From assembly GCF_026210795.1 (NCBI RefSeq), contig NC_089433.1, positions 1,550,001 through 1,614,000 on the forward strand: DNA of 64,000 nucleotides, given 5' to 3'. The DNA comes from Rhizophagus irregularis. Its lineage: Eukaryota. Position 1 is the first letter of the stretch. The number at the start of each line of letters is the position of its first letter. Positions 1 to 15,096 of the stretch are shown one piece after another. The translations under genes were made by a program, and so were the position numbers. The notes under the pieces are model-generated. The model made no database searches and was not told where the DNA came from. It worked only from the letters and a program-made list of their open reading frames with translations.

Positions 1-169
1 TAATTAAAAATTTATATATAATTAGATTTATATTAAAAAGTAAACTTTTCTCACTTCACAAAAACTGTTACAGATAGTCTTCATATTTTTACATATTTTA
101 GTCATGAAAAACTATATATTATTCAACAATAAGCTTATTAAAATGAATTGAAATATTTGAAATTGAATA

Positions 170-330
170 TTGAATTTCGGGATTTTGATAAATATCAGGA
201 TTATTGAATTTCGGGATTTTGTAAGTGTTGGGATTTTTGAAATAGCCTGGATTTTCAATTTCAGGATTTTTGGAAATCGGGATTACAAAGTATCAGAATT
301 ACAGAATTACGGCATTTTATTGGATTTAAA
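170..330. repeat. Degenerate ATTTCGGGATTTT-type short repeats, possibly a decayed MITE/transposon end
   Basis: Several variants of atttcgggatttt / tttcaggatttt within 160 bp; the 72-aa ORF over it is an artefact. Confidence 0.45.
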
Positions 331-3300
331 AAGTTTTTTTATAGTAACATTTTTTTTAAAAAATATTCTTTTAATTTTTTTTTATTAACAAGGTTAAAAA
401 TTTTAAAAAATTTAATAATACTATCAATAATACTACCAATTATACTATCAACAATACTACCAATAATGCTATCAATAATACTATCATACAATTTGGAAAT
501 TATATCATGTGATTTTAATAATTCCCGGTGGTCAATTTTTTATTATTACCTTTTAATTATCGTATAAACCTACCTTTTGAAATTTTTATAATTTCTTTAA
601 TATCACTTTTTTTTTTAAATTAACCTTATTAACCTTATTAACCATTTACCATTTACCATTTACTTTTTACTTTTTACCTTTTAATTAACTAACCTTTTAA
701 TGATCAACTTTTTTAAAAGAAAAAAAAAAAATTTTTTTTTCTTGGTAATCCATAATCCAAAAGTCCAAAACAAGGTATACCATTGACCGGAATTAAAAAT
801 TCATCATTTATTATTATAATACCAAAATTAGAAAATTAGATTAATTTCCGAGTAGTCCGATTTAAATACATCTAACCCCGATTTTTCACCCTTTTTAACT
901 TTTAAAAGTAACAAAGTTATTAATTAAGCATATAAATTATTTCACATTATTATAATTATAATAATAATAATAATAATTACATTATTATCATCAATGAATT
1001 ATTATATTGATATCATTTGGAAAATCTTTTAAGAAAAATGGTGGCGTGATCTTAAATAATCGACATAATCAATCACCAAATAAAGGGGAATACCGCGATA
1101 ACCTATTAAAAAAACTGACACTTTACTTTATATATCTCCGACCGCGTAACTCTTGGCAAAAAAAGGTGCATAAAATAAATAACCTAATTTTTCTTTTTAT
1201 TTTATTACGAAATGATCTTCCAAATGAATCTCGGTCAAAAATAATTTTTATACACAAATTTCTCAATATATATATTGAATGAATTACCAAATTTAGTATT
1301 AAAAGATTTTCATCTTTTGTAAAAAAAAACAATATTATTTTTTTTTTAAAAAAAAAAAAATTAGAATAAAAAAATAAAAAGGAAAATATAAAAGGGTTAA
1401 AAAAATCTTATTATTTTTATTTGTCGTAATCGTCATATCCTTCGATCAGATCGATCACTTTTATCAAATGGAGATTTGTTTTTTTTTTCGGAAATTCGGA
1501 GATACCTGTTTAACAAGTTGAATCCGAAACCCGAAACCTGAAGTTTAAAATTTTTTTTTTTTTTTTTTTTGAAGGTTTTCATATGAAAAAAAAATATTAT
1601 GAAGATATAATTATCTTAATTACCGGAATTAACGGGATGACCGGAATTAAACAAACAATAAGGAATAAACCCCAATATCGAATATTTAAAGCATTTGATA
1701 ATTTAATGAGGATATTCTTTATTAAAGGAAAAAAAAAAAAAAAATTTTCGGATAACTAAGTTCGGATAACTGACGATGAAAATGGGGAATATAAAATTCC
1801 ATTCTGACAAATAATCAATCGACATTATTGACATGATAAGTTTTAAGAGATTTTGGGGGATATACGTAAAATGTAAAATATTAAAGATTCAAAGATTTTC
1901 CGGCGGAATTTATATAAGATATTTTGATATTATAATTGGTTAGATTTCGGGAATTTTTTTTTTTTAAAAAAATTCCATTATTAAGGAAAAAATCAATGTA
2001 GGTCAAGGTTAAGATACTAAAAATTTTTTAAGGATATCAAGAAATTTATAGTAAAAGAAGTATCGGAACGGAGAGAGAGAGAGAGGATCATAATAAAAAA
2101 GAGAAATAATATAGTATCGGCAAAATTTCTTGACATGCACTTGATTCATAATTGTTGTAGATTATTAAACGAAGATATTTTCGGGACAAATTCGGGACAA
2201 AGTATCCCAAAATATTAATTCGGACCGAAATATTCTAATTTAGTCGTAATCGCGGTCGCTCATTTTTCCATTCACAATATTAACATCATTTTGCATGATT
2301 TAAATCATTGACGAACGCGTTAAAGTTATTCTCCTAGTATACATTAAAACACATGGCTTTAATATTTCCTGATCTGTTTCATATTTTTAACAAAAAGCTT
2401 TATCGGAGTTTTCCTTACCAGATTTACTAAATTTGACTAATTATCATTAGTAATAAGCGTATATAAATTATTATAAATTATAAATTATTATAAATTGTAT
2501 AAATTGAATAAATCGTATAAATTGTAAATTGTATATAATTATTAATTATAATTATATTTATAATCATTTAATCATTTTGTTTATTCTTTGTTATTCTATC
2601 TTTTAGTTAATTCCTCAATCCTCACGAATATATATGAATATATACGAATATATATGTGTATTACAAAGGTTTAAAAGTTTTAAGTTAGCGTGGAATTTTG
2701 ATGGAATTTGGGGATAAGTACTTAATACCGGAGATAAGCCGGTTTTTAATTTCATTTTTTAATTCCCCCAATTCCCCCCAAAAAAATAGATGTACTTTAA
2801 TATTATATATTACAGTTAATCTATTTCCATTCAGAATTCCGAATAATCAGGGATTTTATAAATCTAAAACAGATATCAACAATAATATCGGTTTTAATCG
2901 GTTTAATCAGTTTACATAGTTTACATCAAAACAATATAATCCGTTCGTAAGACCTGTGACAGACCGTGATCTAATAAAATAAATAAATGTACCCATTTAC
3001 CAAAATTATATTTTTAGAATAACGCTAATCACCGAATAACTAGATTTAATCTAATTTTTTTTTGTTTTTTTGTTTACTCATTAAAATTTTTTTTCTTTGA
3101 TATCGCATTTATCGCATTGTAAGATTTTTTGTACAAAAAATATGTGTGTGTGTGATTTGTGTTATTTGTGTATGTGTATAATATACTGTATACATATATA
3201 TTATATATATATTGTTTATTTACTTTTTTGAGGAGGAGGAGAAGAAAAATTTTATTTATACAGTACAAAATGTATGTATATTTATATATACATATTTATT

Positions 3301-4441
3301 TATTTATTTATTATTTTATTTTATTTCATTACGGGAACCTTAAAATAAAAAATAAAAAAAAAATTTTAGAAAATAAAAAAAAATAAAAAAAATTTTATTT
3401 GTAAAAAAAAAACAATTTTCCTTTTTGTGATTATTACAAAAAAGAAATTTCTGAAATTTCTTTTTTTATTACAAAAAAATAAATAAATAAACATAAAAAA
3501 AAAGATAAAATAAAATTCTTTCGATATCGATATATTAAAAAAAAAAAAAAGATTTTTTTTCCTTTTTTTTTTTTCTTTCTTTTTTCTTTTCAATCTCTTT
3601 TTTTTTCTTTTTTTTTCTTTTTCTTTTTTTTATTATTATTATTATTATTATTTATTTATTTTTTCTATGCAAACAATAAGAATAAATATGTGTTCATACA
3701 AAAAAAAAAAAAAAAAAAAATTTCATTCATGTATTTTAATTTATTTAATTGTAAAAAATATATTTGTTATATAAATTTCACATTATATTTTCACATTACA
3801 TACATTACATTATCAATCAGGACAAAAAACACACATCGGGTATGATTCTTTTTTGCACAATGATAAATAACTTTTTTATTACTTTCCACATACCTAAAAA
3901 AGAATTCACACACTAAATCGGAATTCATTCATAAAAGAATTTACTCGCACGCACCACATCAATCAATCAATTCATCAACACAACATTTAAAACAAAATAA
4001 ATAAAAAATTTTTTTTTTTTTATAATCACACAACAAATAATCGTACCAATACTACAAGGGAACCAAATACCACTAAAATCATCAAACCTTTTTTTCTTGG
4101 TGGTAAACCAAAAATGGCAGGCTCTTTTCTTTTTTGTATATACATATAAAAATTTGATTAAATTGATTGTAAGATTGTTATATATAACAAATAAACTTGT
4201 ATATTATGATATATATATATATATGATATATGATATAAAATTGTATATACTTATAAAATATAAAATATAAAACTGTATTTACTTATAAAGTATAAATTTA
4301 TTTATTATTTAGTATTTACTAAATAAGATAAGCTTTCTTACAACATCCCCTAAAAAAAAATAAAATGTCGATTTGGATATTTCTATATATATACAATTTC
4401 AACTAAATCACCTAAATGACCTAAATGACACTAAATAACTA

Positions 4442-4497
<56 letters not shown>

Positions 4498-4506
4498 TAA
4501 TAATAA
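4442..4506. repeat. (AAT)n microsatellite
   Basis: About 20 near-perfect AAT units. Confidence 0.9.
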
Positions 4507-6880
4507 TATGATAATATGGATAATGATAATAATAAAAAAAATAATAAAATAATAATAACAAACAACAGCAAGATAATACAGAATAATAATAAATAATAAT
4601 AATTAAGTAATTAAATCTAAAAATTTATAAATTTATTATATCCTATCATTATTTATACTATAAGACGCGTTTTTCTGCAAATATCTTCTTTTGAAATTTA
4701 AATTTTATTATTATTATAATTTTTAGAAAAATTGGAAAAAAATAAATAAATAAATCAAACAAATAATAATAAATAAATTTACTTTTTTAAACCAATTAAG
4801 AATCGATCAACAAAAACACCCGATATTTTATCAATGTTTAACGTGTGTTTCTTTTATTTTTATTAATTGTTAATAATAATGAGAAAAAACTTAAAATCTA
4901 AAATTAGAAACTTTTTATCCTATTCTTTTAATCCTTTTAATCCTTTTAATCCTTTTTTAAACTCCATTCAATTAAAAAAAATTTTAAATTCTTTATTTTT
5001 TTAATCCAAAAAATGCCGAAAATTTGGGATGACGAAAACTTTAATTCTAACAATTCAAATAATTTCTAACAATTCTAACAATTCTAACAATTCTAATAAT
5101 TCTAATGATTCAAAAAGAAAAGAAGAACCAATACAATTATTAAAGATGGTAAATCTTAAATAGTCATTCTTACCGATCGTATGGAAACACCACTTCTTTG
5201 CTTTTATCGCCTTTAATGTTTTTGGTGTAACATAAGGGTTTTATTTTGTTATGTGATACGTTTGACCATTCTGTTTTTTCTTTTTTCCTATCAAGGTACC
5301 AATCAATTTAATATGTGATATTATTAATGTTTCCCTGAGTTTAATCCGATGATGCCAAGAAATCTAGATCGCGCTTTTTTTAATAATCTTCCTAAAAAAT
5401 CTTTTTCAGTGATCGGTGAAATATTCTCATCAAATTTAACCAAATTTATTCAATGTATTTGTAAATAAAAATCCTAATAAAGTATTTTATTTACATCAAA
5501 GACATATGATTTTCTGATATTTTTAAAAGAAAAAAAAAACCTCCCATCCCAAATGTAAACAAATGAATGCCAAATTTACAAAGAAAGATATTCCAAATTG
5601 AGAAGTGTGAAACAGTTGAAATCATTTTGTAAATTCCTTCGTTTTAAATAATAATAATTAAATAATTTTAATTATTTTTTTTTTTCATTTATAATATTTT
5701 TGAATATTTTTGAATATTTTTTCTCAAAAAGTTTTTATATTTTTATTATTTTTTCTTTTTATATTTTTACAATTTTCATATATATATATATATATATATA
5801 CAATATATATATATATTTTTTCTTGCCTCTTTCTTACCTTTTTTTTTTTACCTTATTTATTTTTATTATAATTTTGGTAAAAATCTGAATTTAAATTACC
5901 CTGACTTTTTTAAAAAAAATTTTTTTTTTTTGGAATTTTTGGGAAAATTTTTTGGAAAAAAAAAAAATTTTTTTTTAAATGAACCCTTTTATACACCCTA
6001 TTATTCACCCCTATTATTCACCTATTATTAATATTATTTAATATTATTATTATTTTAAACATCCCTTAAAACCTTTCAAAAAGTAAATTTTCCGAGATCA
6101 TTATTGATTATCCAAAATAAAATTAATTCCATAATTGTTGAATAAGATGATGATGATTTACGGAATTTGCAATTCAAAACGATCCCGTTTATCACAAAAA
6201 AGGGATGAAAATTGTAAAATTCGGAAAGCTCGTGAAAATTCTGATAAAGTTTCTCAACTTTTTTTTTTCTTTCAAACTTTTTGTGTCACGAAAAAAAAGT
6301 CATTCTTATTGCATAAGAATGATGACTAATTAAGTACATCGTCATAAATATCATCATATACCCCATAATTTCAAAATGTTTTTTTTTTTGGTATGAAATG
6401 AAAGTGATAAATTCGAATTGTGATATAAAATGAAACTTAAGAATTAGGTAAAAATTATGTATCTTTTTTGACATATGTTCGATTTTGACTAGATTGGTTA
6501 CAACTGCATTACAATATTTTTTATAATAAATTATCATTACATTTAATAAAAAAAGAAATAAGATATCCATATATAAATATAATCGTCGTTTTAGTTACAA
6601 TGCAAATATATAACTATAATGTAAATCGTTATGTTGTGCAATACTTACAACTCTTCATAATATTATCATGCAGACTAATATTATACCATTCATGAGAATT
6701 AAAAATTCAAAAAAAAAAAAAAAAAATGATGAATTTTTTGGTTCCATGATTTATTTACATTACACCGCAGTACATTAAATATCTATTTTTTTTTTTAAAG
6801 GAAAAAATAAATAAATAAATAATATATCATAATAATAAAGTATTTTTAAATTAGGTTTAAAATTTATATTTTAAATTATA

Positions 6881-6911
<31 letters not shown>

Positions 6912-7286
6912 GATTTTAACTTTATTAATTCTTATTTTATCAGCCTCATTTCGTAAAGTTTACCCAATTTCGAACCCTTTGAGGTTTATCATTTTAATCA
7001 TTCTAATCATTCTATCATTCTATAATTCTATCAATCGGTAAATCGAGGTCTCTCTATATATATTTATTTATATAATATATATATATTATTATTATTATTT
7101 TTTTTTTCCTCTTTAAATATTATTGGAGAATAGAGATATTTTTAATATTGTATCTTTTATATTTATAAATATGTATTTTTATAAATACATATTTGTATAA
7201 ATATATATATATAATTTTATTTTTATTTTTATCATCTAAATCACTTTATGTGCTTTAAATAATATGCTTTAAATAATATGCTTTAA

Positions 7287-7423
7287 ATACTTTGTATACT
7301 TTATATACTTTATATCTTTATATCTTTATATACTTCGTATACTTCGTATACTTTATATACTTTATATACTTTACATACTTTATATACTTTACTTTATACT
7401 TTATATACTTCGTATACTTTATA
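7287..7423. repeat. Minisatellite of TATACTTTA/TATACTTCG units
   Basis: Tandem ~9-bp units visible directly. Confidence 0.85.
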
Positions 7424-10400
7424 AGTTATGTAATCACTTGTTCACTTTCTCAATAAATTCAATAATGGTACGTTTTTATTGATGCGTATATTTAACTATA
7501 TTTGACGCATTCCTGTTTGTGTAAAAGGTGAATTCTTTTTATTTATTATTTCCAAAATGTCAAAGAGAAGAATTTCAAATAAAATTTCAAAGATGTATGC
7601 GCAACATTGCGCGGTATACAAACTCATAATAAACATTACTTTTTTTCTTTTCAATTTTAATCGTAAATCCAATAAAATCATACATTGCGCAACATTGCGC
7701 AAGTATAACATCAATCGAAACCCTAAAAAAGAAAAAAAGAAAAAAAGAAAAAGGTAATCAAAGCAAAAAAAAGCAAAAAAGCAAAAAAACAATAAAAAAA
7801 AATAACAAAAGAGAAAAAAAAAGGGTTATTCATTCATGATTTGAGAACAATATTTATTTATTTATTTTTTTTATTTTATTTTTTTTATTTTTTTTATTGC
7901 GCAAAGTCGCGCAAGTAATAATCAATCAACCAATCAATCGAGTTAAGCCATTCATATTCTTTTTCAAAAAAGAATTTTCATTTTTTTTCAAGCCTCGACC
8001 GATTGTTCAAAGAATACTAATTTTTTTTAAATATTTTTCGTTAAAAAAAGAATCTCTCATTGGTTTAATTCTCATTGGTCTTATTGGACTGGTTTACCTC
8101 TTTTACTTATTTTTACCTATTTTACTTATTTTGCCTATTTTACTTGTTTTACCCATTTTACCCATTTTACCTCTTTTGTCTCTTTTGTTTCTTTTGCCTC
8201 TTTTACACCTTTTACACTGGTCTATCTCTCACTGGTTTACTTCTTATTACCTCTCTTATTGGTTACCTTTCTTACTGGTTTAACTCTTACTACTCAGTAC
8301 TCACCGGTTTAATCCATCAATCGAAACAAAGAATGTTTTGATATTTGCTTATTATTTATTTTTTCACTTTTCTTACTTTTCTTGAAGAAAAAATATTTGT
8401 AAATTTGAGCCACAGTAGAAGCCTTTTTATCGATTAATTGTAATTAATAATTGATATTCAAAAGAATTTGAAACGAAGTGGAATGGTTTTAGTTATGAGG
8501 CTTATTAGTTATTATTTATAATATTATTAAGCTATTATTTAAAGAAATTGGTTCAAATAATGAATTGTTTGCCTCGCACTGCCACGCGAATAAATTCTTG
8601 GGATAATAAAAAATCGCGTGTCGAAAAATTAGAGGCGATGGTTTACTAATTCTAATTTGATGAGGCGCAGAATTTGAGGAGGCGATGTTATAGTTATGAG
8701 GCGGTGCAATTGAGGCGTGGTTAACGAATTGATAATTGATTCGTTAAATTCCACAATTTTACTTGTGGAGTTGCGTAGTCACTGCGTTGCGTTCAATCGT
8801 TTATTTTTATTTTTATTTTTACATCCTAACACATTTAATAACCTGTTATAATTATTTTGATCAACAAAACGGTGCCAACCGAACTTTTTTTGTCAATATT
8901 TATTATCTTATAATCACATTAATCACATAAAGTGATGATTCGATGATTTTTTATCATTTTTTATTTTTGTTCAAAAGTATCAATCTCTTTTTTTTTTCAA
9001 ATTGAAATAACCCTTATATATATGTTATATTAAATTTATTTATTTGTTTTTATCGTACGACTTCATAAAGAAGATTCTTCAATTCTAATGAAATGATAAG
9101 ATAAATAAAGATTAAAAAAAGGTAATATTATAATAGATAAGGCGCGCGTTCTTTTTTATTCTTTTTATCATTATAATTCGGTAATTCGGTAATTCGGTAA
9201 TACCTAATTACGGAATACAAATCAATTTAAAAAAAAAAGAACGTTAGAACAAAATAATCATTTATTTTTTTTAAAAAAAAAACTTGTGTGATTATATATA
9301 TATATATTTATTTATTTTAACGGCCGTTAATTATTCGGCCGGCTCTTTTTTTTTTTTTATCATCATGTAATTTAAATTATATTGTTATTATACATTAAAA
9401 AATTTGAACACATAAAATAACATATATATATATATATATATTATTGGAACAAAAACCGGTAATGACTTTTTTTGTTAATTTTCATAGTTAAATTTTTTTT
9501 TTATTTATTTTATTATTGTGATAAGATTATTTTAATTATTTTTTTTTTTAGATTAAAATATTATTATATTATTATATTATTATATTATTTATCACCTTGG
9601 TACCATCTTTTTTTTTTTTGCTTTAAACAAAATATGTTGCATGTTAATAATTTATGGTTAAATCATAATTAAAAGGGAGAGAGAAAAAAAAAATTTTTTT
9701 TTTATTATTATTGTTGTTGTTTTTGTAATATTTTATATTTTATATTTTTATATTTTTTATATATTTAAAATATTTAATATTTAATATATATTGTAATATT
9801 ATAATATTGTAAATTATTGTAACGGGCGTACTTCTTTTAAATTACTTTTTTTATTACTATTACATATGATATTAACTAATTTTTTAATAGTGCACTCGGG
9901 TAAATTACGTTATCAATGAATATATAATCAATCGAATAAACGGTCGATGCCAAGCAATTGGTTACAAATTAATTAATTAAAAAAAAAGGCTGGATTTCAT
10001 TGAATTATACGGTAAATCATTTGAATATCAATCAATCAGGGAATTACAATTTTTTTTTTTTTTTAAGGATGGATAATGGATTTCTATTTTAATTCATCTT
10101 AATTATCAAGAGAGGAAATAGAAATATTACAATAAGTCCAACTTTATCTTTTACAATCATCTAAAAAAAAAAAAAAAAAGCGAAAATTTTAAACCGGTCA
10201 AACATCAAATAACAATCAAACGCATGTGTAAATGTCTAAAAAATCTAAAAATATAATAAGTAATATACATACATACATACATATTATACATACATGTATA
10301 TATATACAAATATATTAAAAATAATAAAAAATAATAAAAGATATAATTATTATAATGAACTGTATAAAAATTTTTTTCCCGTTCAATTGTGTAAAAAAAA

Positions 10401-13217
10401 AAATTGGTTGATAACGGAAATTCCGAATAGAAAAAAAAAAATAGGGGGGGAAAAGAAACTCCATTTAGTCTTACGTTCATTTTAAAAGAAAAACTCGATT
10501 AAATTCGTACATTTCTTACTTTTCCATTATAATAAACAATAATAATAAAAAAAAAATTTTTTTTTTTCATGTTACTTTTTTTTTATACAATGGTTAATGG
10601 TTTTCTTACTTGGTTTAAAATGATGAAATGACTTTACTTGAATTACTTGAATTGATAAATATTATATGTAAATCAAAGGTTAATTATGGAATTATATTAC
10701 CACAATTGATAATAAACTTCCTTTCTTTTTTAAAAAGAAGGTAAATTCATTGTTATTTTGTTTTATTTTTTCGCGTCAAATAATCACATTACCTTTTTTA
10801 AAATTATATGGCGTACACATAACCTAATATGCGAATGAATTTGAAATTGCCACGCCCTCTACTAAATTGGATATTCGGAATTTATTAATAATAAAATAAG
10901 TTAAATCAATTTTGGGATGAGGCGTTAACATCCTGCATAAAGTTTCATTTTCAGTGTAGAAAAGTGGCTTGGCTGTGTGAGGCTTTTTATTTCTCTTATT
11001 GGTAATTCATTCATGATTTTGATGGAAAATTCTTTCAATGTTCTATGTTCCATCTTTATAGTGGCAACAAAGAATTTCTTTATAAAATTACCGTAAATTC
11101 TTTGTACACTTTGCGTTTCGGTGATACAATCGCGGCTTGAAAATGACCCATATTAGTTACCAAATTAGGTAATCTTTTAAGCTATGCCACATTGTAAACA
11201 AATTTGCGGCTAATACCAGGATGGAGGTATAAGACTCCGATTATAAATAACAAAAATATTTATATATATCGGGTATCACATTTGTTTTAAAAAAAAAAAA
11301 ATTAAAATGTTTCAAAATTTTTGATCGGTTATGATCGGATATTATGAAATGGATATTTGAATATTTGGATATTTTGTATTATTTATATCGGTTTTAGAAA
11401 TTTGGTAGTTTGGATATTTTAGGTTATTTTAGGGACATTTTAGGATATTTTAGAGTTTTATCACATTTTTTTTTCGAAACATATGGTCACAATATGGAAA
11501 CGTAATAAATATTTAGCCCCCAAAAAAAAAAAAAAATTTTTTTTTTTAAACAAGTTTTTCATATTTTTTTTAATAAAAAAAATTCAAAATTACTTTATTT
11601 GGTAACCAGTGTAACAAGAGAGTTTTTTAGCCATCAAATATTGAAGTTTATTTTTAATTTGACAGGTAAAAAAAAGGGTAGTACCATTTACAAATATATT
11701 AATTCATTTGTACAAAAAAAAAATCAAGATTATATTCTTGTTTATTTATGTTGTAATTATTAATTTTAAAAAAAATAATTCTCGATCTTTATTCTTTAAG
11801 GAGGTAACTATTACAACACCTTTATTTGGTTTAGAATCTTTTCATAAAAGGAAATTTTTAATAGAGGGAGATATATGAGATAATTAAAAATTATTTTCTT
11901 ATTGAAATTCATTAAAAAGGAAATATAATGTTACCATAACATTGCGGTTGTAATACACATTCAATTTACTCATGTTTGTTCGATCATTGCTTTAGTAATA
12001 CTAACTAAATTTATCATTCGAATCCAAAGATTATTTAAATGTTCTACCGCATAATAGATGCAGTTGATCTGAGGTTTTTTTAAGTGTGATCAGATCGATT
12101 GTTATAAATAATATCCATAAATAATTTTTTTATTTTTTTTTTTATTATATTATATATATATATATATATGTTATTATTATTGTTATTATTATTGTTATTA
12201 TTTATTTTTTTCTTTTTTTCTTTGAAATTTTCTTTTTTTGAAAATAAAAAAATTTTCAATGATATATCGGAGCCAATTATTTTTTATTAATATTGTTTCA
12301 CTTAAAACTTTGTAATCTAATTTGTAAAATGAATTGTTTTATGTTATTAAAAATGTAAATACCGTAAATAATAAGTTTTTTTGTATAAATATTTTGAAGT
12401 CAAAAAATTTTTTTTAAACGTACCATTCGATTTATCGATTATTGATAATCGAACCAATCATCTTTATCATAAATAAAGATTTTTTTTAAAAAAATTTCCT
12501 TTGTATCCATATGGTTCCCATGGTTCCTTTTTATTAAAAAAAAAATACAAAACACAAAAAAAAAAAAAAAATATGGAGGAAAAATAAAAAAATGGAGAAA
12601 AAAAATTAAAAAAAAAAATTAAAAATAAAAATAAAAATAAAAAAATATTGTGATTGGCGTTTTTATAAATTTATTATTTCGGTTAATTAATATTGCGCCA
12701 CATATCCTTTCGTAGAATGTTAAGCAATCAGGTTATTGGTATCTTTTTTCATCATGTACACGCGATAACTAATAACTGCGTGCATGAAATTTTAATATAT
12801 TCGGTAAAATTAAATTAAAAAAAAAAATGATTACCAGAATTATGTACCAAATGCAGCGTCTAAATAAAGTTATCATTATAATTACTTTTGTCCGGAGTTT
12901 ACGGAGTTTATCTTAAACTCTGTTGTAACTAGAAGATGAACAAACCATTTTCTAAATTTGGATGAGTTGATAGTCGTGAAGAGATCGATCTCAACCGAGA
13001 GCTATTTTATATAACAATTTTCCACGTTTAACATATTATTATTATTAGGATCGATTTCTATCTATATAAAAGTTCATTCGAAATAATAATTTAATTTCGA
13101 TTACATACATAAGTTATTATAAAAAGTTATTATAAAATATTATAAAAAATATTATAAAAAGATTATAAAAATATTATATAATAAAATAATAATATATTAT
13201 AAATATATCTAATATTA

Positions 13218-13326
13218 ATAATATCATAAATATCATATAATAAATATATCATAATATCATATAATATCATAATATCATAATATCATATAATATATCATAA
13301 TATCATAATATATCATAATATCATAT
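13218..13326. repeat. ATATCATA-type low-complexity tandem repeat
   Basis: Tandem atatcata(ta) units. Confidence 0.8.
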
Positions 13327-15096
13327 TATTATTTATTATAATAACCCCCCTTTGTATTATTCCTTTTAGAATTTTCCTACCATAAAAAAAGAAATTACGA
13401 ATATGTCTTAAAATCAAAAATTTTCCTTGTTAAAAAAAAAGTAGAAGGGGTTAATCTTACCGATAATTTTGATGAACTAAACCAATATTGTATGCGGATG
13501 TACCTCCAAAGTATGTACTTATTTTATTATTTATTTTTAATATATACATTTTGTCATAATTAGGGATAAAAGGAAAGGTGAGTAAAATTTAACCGGTGAT
13601 CTTCTATCGATCACACACTTAAAAAAATATAATTAATCTCCCTTACAGTCTCTTCCCTAATAAGTTGAGTTCATTTCGGCTGTGTTTTTTATATATATAT
13701 ATGTAATAACCGATTAAACCGAAATTTAATACAACAATAATAATAATCATCATCATCACTTTATTCCGTCTTTTTCCCATTATCTAAATGAGTCACAATT
13801 TAATCTCATTCTTTCTTATTATCACATTTTAATATTATATTAATAATCACAAATATTAATAGTGATATTACTTGAAAAAACTGAAAAAACTACCTTAAAC
13901 CCGATTAAAAAATAATAAAATAAAAACCCGAGATTACTACAAAAAAAAAATTTTTTTTTTTTCAGGTTATAATTATTTATTTATTTATTTAAAAAAACCT
14001 TTTTTTTTTTTTTAAAAAAAAAAAAATATATATCATCTAAAAAAATTCCTTTATAATATATATATATATATATATATAAACGTATATATATATGTAATAT
14101 ATGTAATTATTTGTGTATATATATATATATAATAATAATAATAATACTGTAAAGTGTATATATAAAAAAAAATTTTTTTTTTTGTTCACTATTGCACCAA
14201 AAGTTAAAACTGATAAAATTTAACTATTCTATATATATATAGATGTTACTTTAAAAAAATTATAAAGTCTAGCAAGATTTCATATTTTTTTTTCTTCCTT
14301 TTCTCTAAAAAAAACTTCTTCATTTCCTAAAAAAAAAAATCATCGTTAATAATTTTCTTTTTTTTTTATTTTTCAAAAAAAAAAATAAAATAAAATAAAA
14401 TAAACTAAAAAATTATTTAATTTTTTTTTTCCGTTAATAAAGAAAAAAAAAGTTTTTGATTTTTTTTTAGAGAAGAAAAGAAAAAGAAAAAGAAAAAGAA
14501 AAACTGAAAAGGAAAGAAAGTTTTTTTTAAAAGAAAAACAGAAAGAGAGAAAAGAACCTTTTTTATTTTCTTCTTTTTTTTATTGAAAACCCTTGTTTTA
14601 TTTTATAATCCGTATAATCCGTATAATCCGTTCTTAAAAAAAACATTACGTACTTTATTTTATACGTTTAATAATTCTATCTATCTATCTATCTATTTTT
14701 TTTTTTTTGTATCATATTTTTCATATTTTCGACGTGGTTTTCCTTTCTCGCGTATTTTTAATAATTAATTTTTTCTTTTTAAAAAGAAAAGAAAAGATAA
14801 TACTTCTTTAAATTCGTTTAGTTAAAAACCGGTGAATTCTATTATTATTTTTTGATTCCTTAATTCTTTTTTATAAAAACAAGTTTGATTTATATACATA
14901 ATTTTGTAAATAGAAAATCCTTTTCTCACCGGTTGGGAATCAATTCATTAATAAAAAAAAAAAACTCCCCCTTTTATATACATCATATAGTTAAAACATA
15001 TCAAAACCATATCACAATATCATAAGTTCATTTTAACAAATACAAAAAATATATAAAAACTCTTTTACCTTTTCATTCACATAAAATATATACATA

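Noticed and set aside
170..14768. Short ORFs rich in F/I/K/Y/L in the ORF track
   Set aside because: Products of homopolymer and AT-rich low-complexity DNA, many with non-ATG starts; no recognisable domains
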